Of a stretch of DNA of 64,000 nt, positions 21,987 through 31,345 are shown piece after piece (the stretch's first letter is position 1; each line of letters begins with the position of its first letter). The DNA comes from Macrostomum hystrix (taxonomy: Eukaryota > Animalia > Platyhelminthes). The position numbers were made by a program, and so were the translations under genes. The DNA lies in assembly GCA_950097015.1 (NCBI GenBank), contig CATNEN010000007.1:11904001-11968000 (forward strand), in the 5' to 3' direction. The notes below the pieces were generated by a model. That model searched no databases, had not been told where the DNA came from, and worked only from the letters and a program-made list of their open reading frames with translations.

Positions 21987-24900
21987 TCATTCCATGCCGC
22001 CAGTCGGGGCAGGCTGAGCGAGTGCAATCCAGGCGGGGTCGCGCGCCCAGTCCAGCTGGTCAGCGGGCGGAGGCCGGCTGGACAGCACGGCGGGGTCTCG
22101 CTGCAGGCGGGTCACATCCGCCCGCTGCTTGTCGTCGGCCAATCGTTCGATGAAAACATCGTCAAGGCGCCGCTTCATCGCCTTGAGCTCCAGGCTCTCC
22201 CAAGGCAGGCTGCGCACCTTCATCTCTGAGTCCAGATCGGCTCCGCCCTCCTCATCCGAGCTGGTGTAGTCCCTGTTGAGCACGCTCTCAAACTTGGCCT
22301 GCGTGGCGGCGTCCAGACTGGCCTTGATGGCCTCGTAGCTCTTCTGGCGCCGGTTCAGCTTCTGCGGGGCGTGGCAGACGGAGGCTAAAAACAACATGTC
22401 CGATGTTAACTGATAGGAGAGAACTTACCGACTGGGCTATTGCCACAGGCTTCCTGATTGGACGGAACCTATTCACATGCTTCCTGATTGGACGGAACCT
22501 ATACACATGCTTCCTGATTGCACGGAACCTATTCACATGCTTCCTGACTCGACGGAGCCTATTCACATTTTTACTGATGGAACAGAATAAACAGGCCTCC
22601 TGATGGGAGAGAGCATACTCATGGGCTGTTCGAATAGGCCTTAATAAAATATTTTAGCCCCATTCTGGTGCTCCTATCATTAGATAAACCTAAAAAAACG
22701 CGCACAAAAACTCTTACCCGTTTCGCTTCATAATTGTAACTCCTCTTTCTCCCACCTGGATTATCCCAATGCTATTCGCAAAAGCTTTCAATTCTGTCCC
22801 TAAAGTGGAATCCAAGGCATTAACGCCAAATGAGCAGCTAACAAGCATGCCCCAGCAGAAACAAACAATGCGGTGAATGAGACAGACTCCGGTTTCATAG
22901 ATTAGCAGCTACGGTCAAATTGATCGCACTGGCAGTCACGGTGGATCAAATTGTCAAGAACAGACTCACGGATTGCACAAGAAAGATTGAGTTGAGCTTG
23001 CTCTGCTGCTGCTGCTGTTTAAAGTCTCGCTTTAGATTCTTATTAAACCAGCTGCCAAGGTACTTGAAGCTGGACTCTATAAATAAATGGCATTCGCTAA
23101 ATGCATCTCAGCCGGAGGCAGCTGACAAAAACTGAGGCGCCCAGAATGGGAGTTGCTGGGCCATGCGAGAGCTCTGCATTTCAATTAATCTATTATAATA
23201 TGAAAGAATCCTAAATCAAAGCAGCTACAATTGCAAAGCACACGGGCTACGCAAACTGACCAGGCTCATCCGGACAATGCTTCGAGTGTCCAGCTGGCGC
23301 TTGTTGACTTTAAAGGCGCTCTGCAGGTTCTTGCGGTAATGCCCGCCAAAGTACCTTAGCGACTGGTCTGCAGGGAGTGCGGGGCTATTATTGTGCTACA
23401 AGCTAATTTACTGAATGCTAGGATGTCCGCCACACAGGAGAAGCATTGCAGAGGCCAGATCTAACACGAGACACTTACTATGAGAGTCTGCACAGTCTGC
23501 CGACACTGCAGGCTGCGCTCTGAGCTGACGTATTTAAACTTAAGATATCTGCGATAGTAGGAGCTGAGGTAGGCCGAGCTGCCTCCTGCAAGCAGACGGC
23601 TGTTCGGCAATGCAAAACTTGCTTCTAAATACAGTTCACACAACAAACCGCTTTGCTAGGCACGTTGCAGAGGAGAGAGAGAGAACGGCTGGGGCACTGA
23701 CTGGGGCGGGGATTCTGTGTGGCGCACGTACCCAGATTCGCTGGAAGCTATGTTTCTGATAGTCGTGCCTAAAGTCGCGCCGCAGTACGCAGCGAAAATA
23801 GCCCGAGTAGTAATTCTGGGCCTGCTCTGCAACGCATTGATTTTAGTCAGTTTTGCCTGACGATTCTGTCATATCAGCGTCATATTTTGGCTAGGGCAGC
23901 TGTGGGGCCCAATGACGGAGGCGGTCTAGCGCAAGTCAGACAAACAGGAGGGACCTACCAGGACGCGGCGGTACACTTTGTTGCAGGATCGCTGTTGGTT
24001 CAGCACTTTATAGTCGCGCTTGAGCACAGCGTTAAAGTACATTTTAAAGTATTTTTCGGCTATGGCTGCAAGTGCAAATGGAGGGCATTGTGAAGGCAGA
24101 GGAGCGAAACGGGGAGATGCGGGGGCGGCTCGGGCATTCCAGGGCTGAACTGAGCTGGGGCACCGACAACTACTCAAATAGTTCAAATCCGCAGCCTTAC
24201 TGAGCACAGATTCTTGAAGCGGTCCATTCGCTGGTGCAACTGAGCCTGCTCAATCAACTTCTTAGCCGAGGGTTTCAGCGTCCAAGAGAAATAGTTGCTC
24301 ACGTAGCCCGTGCACACCTCTGCAGGCAGATGGCGGACGCGACTGTCTTATTCGGCCAACTAGTTGTTTAACAGGGGCTAAAGGGCGTTGCTAGGGGAGA
24401 CGAAGCTGGGCGCACCGGAGGCGGAGTGCTTACCAAGTTAAGGAAAATCTGCTTCTTAAAGCGGGACGCCATGACAACCTTTTTCACGCCGGGCTTCAGA
24501 GTGCAGCCAAAGTACACCGGCATGTACCTGTTGCAGCCGCCTGAAAACATTCGGTGCGCGTTGCATTGCAGATGCGGATGGGGATTTCAGCGGGGGGCGC
24601 CGGGCAGAGCAGCGCTCCCAGTTGCTTCGCGGAGGGAGGCGGGGCAGTGAGGAGTCAGTATCCTAGCAACCGCTTCTGCAGGATGGCCGATCAGATTATG
24701 CTAATTAGCTGATTAGTGTCATAGCAGACTGAGCAGCGAGCGCTCGCGCCCTCGTTAGGCGGCCCCAGAATAAACGGGGCCGATGTAATGCAATTTTAGT
24801 TAAAATTTCAGTTTCATTATTCTCAGCTCTGACTGACTTGGTCTGTGACTGTTCAGCCCTGCGCGCTCTCCCAGCGCGAGTCCGCTTCGGCCGGACAAGC

Positions 24901-26005
24901 CAATTTTTGGATAGATTTGATTGCGCAATACTCATCAGGCCCTGCAACGCCCTTTTTAAATAAATTGAAAACGAAAACATGGATTTAGACAAATGCACAT
25001 CGAGGCACTGGGCGGTCGGTTGTCAAGAGGCATGTATGCAGATTTGACACTAGAGTGTACTAGAGTGAAGCGTGCTCATGTACTGCTTAGAGACTCACTC
25101 CTCCATGCTGCTAGGTTGGCGGGCTGTTGCGAGCTCAGGCTGAGGGCTCGGTCAATCACCCGATTGGCGGCCAGGACGTTGACGCGAGCGGAGTAGGGCA
25201 GGGAGAAGTCGAACACGTTGGTACCAGTTTCATCTTTCAGCACGCGGTAGGCCTTGCGCAAGGAGGCTTTCCATTCGTTTGAGAGCTCGCCGGAGTCCGT
25301 CAGGTCGGCGCCGCCGCTGCCGCCGACGCCTAGCCGCGGTACCTTGGCCGGCGGGCTCTGGCCGAAGGCGGTCGTGGAGGTGTTGGAGGCGTCGAACACG
25401 AGGTCCGCTTCCATCAGCACGCAGTCATCGTCCGAGTCAGCGCATGGCTCCGATTTGACAGTCGAAAATGAATTCGGTTCCGGCTTGCCAAGCTTTGAAG
25501 TACCCGGAGCACCAGCGGCTGCCGCGGCGGCGGCTGCAGCGGCAACTGCGGCCAGGCCGCCGGAGCTGTTCCCCACAGAGCGCGAGGCGGGCGGCGGGCA
25601 CTGTGGAGCGGACCAGACAAGAATCATTGTGAGCAGAAACCCCTTATGTACATCGCAATTAATTTGATCCCAAATCTACAATTTCTTCACACTGAGATAT
25701 GGTGACGTATCTGCATCTGTCAAGGGCGGACATTCTGGCACAGCAGTTCAGCATTCCTGCTCACTTACCTGACTGTGCTCGTCGGCGACGTTGGCCAGCC
25801 GCTGCACCGTGGGGTCCAGCACCTCCAGAAGGTGGCCGTGCAGCTGGGCGACAATCTTGAAGGCCATGAGCAGGTCGCGCACGGCCATGCTGTCAATGAG
25901 CATGGTGGCGCTACTAATGGTGCACTCGAACATGGTCAGCGGCGAGAAGGTGCTGCCGCCCTGGCTGCCAGCCGGAGTTGACGGGAATCCCATAGCGATA
26001 GACAT
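21987..26005 (-). CDS. Uncharacterised C14orf93/DUF4616-like protein, paralogue B, with an array of 7 alternative internal exons
   Basis: Constant exons 26005-25769, 25600-25099 (ends phase 1, ...NLAAWR) and 22361-21987 (starts phase 0, KLNRRQKSYE...RDYTSSDEE...VRSLPWES...MKRRLD). Seven homologous phase 1->0 cassettes lie between the last two. Confidence 0.85.
22449..22568. repeat. 30-bp tandem repeat x4 GCTTCCTGATTGGACGGAACCTATTCACAT
   Basis: Tandem periodicity. Confidence 0.9.
22970..23076 (-). CDS. Variable exon V7 (107 nt): KSSFKYLGSWFNKNLKRDFKQQQQQSKLNSIFLVQS
   Basis: TTTATAG acceptor, GTGAGT donor, phase 1->0. Confidence 0.85.
23261..23367 (-). CDS. Variable exon V6 (107 nt): NQSLRYFGGHYRKNLQSAFKVNKRQLDTRSIVRMSL
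   Basis: CCTGCAG acceptor, GTCAGT donor, phase 1->0. Confidence 0.82.
23479..23585 (-). CDS. Variable exon V5 (107 nt): RGSSAYLSSYYRRYLKFKYVSSERSLQCRQTVQTLI
   Basis: CTTGCAG acceptor, GTAAGT donor, phase 1->0. Confidence 0.85.
23732..23826 (-). CDS. Variable exon V4 (95 nt): KQAQNYYSGYFRCVLRRDFRHDYQKHSFQRIW
   Basis: GTTGCAG acceptor, GTACGT donor, phase 1->0. Confidence 0.82.
23959..24065 (-). CDS. Variable exon V3 (107 nt): TIAEKYFKMYFNAVLKRDYKVLNQQRSCNKVYRRVL
   Basis: CTTGCAG acceptor, GTAGGT donor, phase 1->0. Confidence 0.85.
24201..24319 (-). CDS. Variable exon V2 (119 nt): KVCTGYVSNYFSWTLKPSAKKLIEQAQLHQRMDRFKNLCS
   Basis: CCTGCAG acceptor, GTAAGG donor, phase 1->0. Confidence 0.85.
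24434..24540 (-). CDS. Variable exon V1 (107 nt): SGCNRYMPVYFGCTLKPGVKKVVMASRFKKQIFLNL
   Basis: TTTTCAG acceptor, GTAAGC donor, phase 1->0, open frame. Confidence 0.85.
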
Positions 26006-26675
26006 GACGCTGGGCTAGTCCTAGATGACTGGAGGTTGAAAGAACAATCACTGCAAGCAACGCGATGGTCGGGCATGGGGTGGCTGTGAGTTATGAAATA
26101 TGCAGCTGCCCGAACTATAAATAATTGGCTACATCAAATATGCCTAGCATACTAGTTAGCGTAACGGGTTGGGGTAAGCTACCTGATCTATAGAAGACTG
26201 CGAATCAACTCTTAGATACATAAAAAGAAATGGAGAGCTAAAGTTAAAGCAACATGGATTCGTGCTGTTGCTACGAGCGTAGTTAGTAGTATTTTAACAG
26301 AGACCATTTATTCAACGCCTTAGTACTACTAGGAATACATCAATCTGGTAGTTTTTACTTCCAACAATGTCCCAGAGTGCTCCTTTTGTGCCTTTTTAAA
26401 GATTTTTTAACAGTTTCACGCGCTTTACAAAATGAACTTAGCGCTTCGCTTATTAAGTAGCTCTTTTATTTATATTTATTCATATCGTGTCACAAAAACA
26501 AACAAGGAGCTGCTTAGTTAAAATTTGCAAATGCTAGTTTAACCAGCTATGTGCTTATCGGTTACATTGGAAATTCCATTTCGATTGATGGGTTATTTTG
26601 CTCGGCTAGTTGCCATCAGAAACGTCTAACTCTTATCAAATATTTGTAAATGCATTAATATTTCAGAAATTCTGG

Positions 26676-28752
26676 TTACTGCCTATCTGTTGCTCTTCTA
26701 ATTTATCAGCGATTATTACTGACCGTCGGTTGCTATTACAATCTATCAGCGATTATTTCTGACCGTCGGTTGCTATTATAATCTATCAGCGATTATTACT
26801 GACCGTCTGTTGCTATTACAATCTATCAGCGATTATTACTGACCGTCGGTTGCTATTACAATCTATCAGCGATTATTACTGACCGTCGGTTGCTATTATA
26901 ATCTATCAGCGATTATTACTGCCTATATGTTGCTCTTCTAATTTATCAGCGATTATTACTGACCGTCGTTTGCTATTACAATCTATCAGCGATTATTACT
27001 GACCGTCGGTTGCTATTACTCGTAAAATCTATTAGCGATTATTTCGGAACGTAGGTTGCTATTACAATCTATCAGCGATTATTTCTGACCGTCGGTTGCT
27101 ATTACAATCTATCAGTGATTATTACTGACCGTCTGTTGCTATTACAATCTATCAGCGATTATTACTGACCGTCGGTTGCTATTATAATCTATCAGCGATT
27201 ATTACTGCCTATCTGTTGCTCTTCTAATTTATCAGCGATTATTAATGACCGTCGGTTGCTATTACAATCTATCAGGGATTATTTCTGACCGTCGGTTGCT
27301 ATTACAATCTATCAGCGATTATTACTGACCGTCGGTTGCTATTACTCGTAAAATCTATTAGCGATTATTTCTGAACGTCGGTTGCTATTACAATCTATCA
27401 GCGATTATTTCTGACCGTCGGTTGCTATTACAATCTATCAGTGATTATTACTGACCGTCTGTTGCTATTACAATCTATCAGCGATTATTACTGACCGTCG
27501 GTTGCTATTATAATCTATCAGCGATTATTACTGCCTATCTGTTGCTCTTCTAATTTATCAGCGATTATTACTGACCGTCTGTTGCTATTACAATCTATCA
27601 GCGATTATTACTGACCGTCGGTTGCTATTATAATCTATCAGCGATTATTACTGACCGTCTGTTGCTATTACAATCTATCAGCGATTATTACTGACCGTCG
27701 GTTGCTATTATAATCTATCAGCGATTATTACTGCCTATCTGTTGCTCTTCTAATTTATCAGCGATTATTAATGACCGTCGGTTGCTATTACAATCTATCA
27801 GGGATTATTACTGACCGTCGGTTGCTATTACAATCTATCAGCGATTATTACTGACCGTCGGTTGCTATTATAATCTATCAGCGATTATTACTGCCTATCT
27901 GTTGCTCTTCTAATTTATCAGCGATTATTACTGACCGTCGTTTGCTATTACAATCTATCAGCGATTATTACTGACCGTCGGTTGCTATTACTCGTACAAT
28001 CTATTAGCGATTATTTCTGAACGTCGGTTGCTATTACAATCTATCAGCGATTATTACTGACCGTCGGTTGCTATTACAATCTATCAGTGATTATTACTGA
28101 CCGTCTGTTGCTATTACAATCTATCAGCGATTATTACTGACCGTCGGTTGCTATTATAATCTATCAGCGATTATTACTGCCTATCTGTTGCTCTTCTAAT
28201 TTATCAGCGATTATTACTGACCGTCGGTTGCTATTACAATCTATCAGTGATTATTACTGACCGTCTGTTGCTATTACAATCTATCAGCGATTATTACTGA
28301 CCGTCGGTTGCTATTATAATCTATCAGCGATTATTACTGCCTATCTGTTGCTCTTCTAATTTATCAGCGATTATTACTGACCGTCGGTTGCTATTACAAT
28401 CTATCAGCGATTATTTCTGACCGTCGGTTGCTATTACAATCTATCAGCGATTATTACTGACCGTCTGTTGCTATTACAATCTATCAGCGATTATTACTGA
28501 CCGTCGGTTGCTATTATAATCTATCAGCGATTATTACTGCCTATCTGTTGCTCTTCTAATTTATCAGCGATTATTACTGACCGTCGGTTGCTATTACAAT
28601 CTATCAGCGATTATTTCTGACCGTCGGTTGCTATTACAATCTATCAGCGATTATTACTGACCGTCGGTTGCTATTACAATCTATCAGTGATTATTACTGA
28701 CCGTCTGTTGCTATTACAATCTATCAGCGATTATTACTGACCATGGCTTGCT
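26676..28752. repeat. About 40-bp minisatellite array (about 2.1 kb) AATCTATCAGCGATTATTACTGACCGTCGGTTGCTATTAC with recurring variant units
   Basis: Tandem periodicity. Variant units (GCCTATCTGTTGCTCTTCT; 45-bp CTCGTA-insert) recur, suggesting higher-order duplication. Confidence 0.97.
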
Positions 28753-31345
28753 ATCCGAAACCAAAAGTACTCATTCCCAATTATTGGTCGCTATATCCCT
28801 ATCGACGGGCTTTTATTCGCTATTCATCAGTTGTCAATAAGCCTTGATCCATTCATTAATTATCATTAACTTTGCAGTAGTTACTAATAATCCACGATAG
28901 AGAAACTAGGGCTTAAAATTTTCAGAAAAACGACATTTCGCTCGCAGCAGTATGGAATAGAGTTCGCTTTGTAAAGGATCTTAGAAACTAGGAAACAAGC
29001 TTAGATGGAAATTTCCCCAGGTGAAAGAAGGTTTCCTATATGTTGAATGTATGTTGAAAACATGCATTTTCCTATATTCTCGGAATTCTTGAGTATAAGG
29101 CTCACGAAGTTCCTAAATAGCTAATCAAGATCAATCCCGAACCAATTCAGGAGCGAGTTATTTCAATTGATTTTCCAAGTGAAAGTTAGTGGCGACTGCT
29201 ATATCTGTTTAAAGTGGTGACTGCGTCTGAAAATAACAAATTTGCTATTATATAAGCAGCGGATGCACACTTACCAAATTACAGATTGCAGCAACACCGA
29301 ACAAGCGCCAGAAAGCAACTGATGCGAGCTACCGCTTGGCTGCACTTTCAAGTAACAATGGACTGGCGGTTGGGGGAGAAAGAGTCGCTAAAAATTTACA
29401 ATCTTGCGATTTGGAAACTACAATTGTCTAGTTGGCTGGGAGCTTTATTCAGTTTATTATCTTATCCAGTATTTTGAGGGTGAGCCCCGTTTTTTAAAAG
29501 GTCAGGTGTACTAACACGTGTACTAAACTTAAACTGCCGCGAATGCGGTTAAGAGTGGCAAGCAGAGGAAAATAATGGCATTATTAACATTAATAGGGAC
29601 TAAATGGTTTTCAATATGCGGTATAACCTTACTTACATAGTATCATGGTATGCATGCCTGCGCCTTCGAGGGCTTGATGCAATAAAGAAATGCAGATAGA
29701 AAAGTACTAGTATCCAGTACTTGAATACTAGTATCCATATAATTTTAAAGCTAGGAATTGAGAAATGAGCTTACGTAGCTTAATGTATTAACACCTCGGC
29801 TTCATAGAACTGTTTCGAACCTGGCTTAGGATTGGCCGTTAGGAAGCGTGTTTCGTTAGGATAGATTACGGCGACTAGGGATTGGGAAAGCGAATTAAAC
29901 AATCAGCTGCTCATCAGCTGACAGCTAATCAACTCTCACAGACAATAAGCAACTACCTAAGCAACTCAAGCTTACAGAAAGTGTAATGCGGTAAGACAAC
30001 CAGAATATAATATTCGCACTCGATATTTGACCTAACTCTACCCGACTAGGACCGTGAAAAATTGAAGCGAGGAACTTATTTTATTAATGCTAGATTTATG
30101 CAAGAGTGCTATATTGTAGAGCCCAATTTATCACGAACCGTGCATAAAACTAAATGAACAAATATGGACGCAGGTGTCAAGGAAGGGAATAAAAAACTCT
30201 AAATTACTAATACTGCCTCATTTCTACCATATAGCGTGAACCAATAAAAAGGAAAGCAATACCATTTCGAGCGTAGACAGAGACCAAATTATAAATTAGG
30301 GACCTGCGCATTGTTTATTTCAGATAATAGTTCACTCGGAGACAATCTAGGCCAGTAGCAGTAACGAAATTATCATTGCGCAGGGGACTTACATAGAGCG
30401 ATCGGGGCGGTTTATATTGACGAAATTGAATAAAAAGACACAAACATGCATGCCAGCATTAGATAATTTAATTGGGATTTCAAATAGTTGTGCAGAGCTT
30501 TTAGTGTTAGAGACAATGATGTGTGCTAAACACTGTTAGTAGGCAGTTTTATCAGCGTATTATCAGTAATTCTTACGATAAGTATACCTTCGAATTAAAA
30601 ACTTACAAAAACAAAGAGGGTAAACTACAAATTAAGCAACGGATTGCTCCTCCCTACTCAGAATATATGGGTAAACGGACTGAGCGACTCGGTAGACGAG
30701 TTGCCTAACTAGTAATATTACGATAAACTATAACAGCAATGTGCGGCAACCAAAGATGCGGACAAGTTAAGCGGATAATAAAAGAGGGAACGATGCACGC
30801 ACAACACGTAGAGCAAATTGATCGCGACTGCAAGCAAGCCAGCGAGGCAAAACAAATGGATGATGTGAGGAGTAACAGAGTAATAACTATAGCCATATGC
30901 TCAATTTGAAATTACGGCAACATGTACTTTTTAATCTGCTTAGCCTTAAAAACTGAAGTGCTTAATTATTGTCTAGAATTACGATGTATTCGGGAACTTT
31001 TGCCAAGATGTGAAAAAAGTACCTAAAATGCTATCGATAAATTAAGCTGAAAAGACTACTCATTCGACGTCTTGTCAATTTCGAAGTTGTTGAACTTTTT
31101 TCTTGGCTTACCATGTTTGTAAAAATCTGCTCTTATAGTTCGAAAAACCGAAAAAAACCAGTACTAAGATTTAGAAGGACCCGTCTGGGATTTCTGTGTT
31201 TCCTATGCGTGAAGCTATAAGACTAGACCCAGTGTTTGAATAAGATGTCCTAACCAAAGAAAGAATATTCGCTTTCTGAATGTACATTTTACAGAGCGGT
31301 AAAAAATCAACTTAGTTAAAACGCCAGGTTGCATACAAACAAGTA

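Noticed and set aside
22718-22755. Possible 38-nt mini-cassette (SGRKRSYNYEAKR, phase 1->0, GTAAGA donor)
   Set aside because: Weak acceptor and no homology to V1-V7; cannot be supported without reads.
24838-24941. Possible additional cassette exon (104 nt, phase 1->0, GTTGCAG/GTCAGT) before V1
   Set aside because: It has an in-frame TGA and lacks the Y..[YW]F...LK consensus. At best a poison or decayed exon.
26676-28752. CRISPR-like array
   Set aside because: Contiguous tandem units with no unique spacers, in a eukaryotic context. The same applies to 61885-64000.
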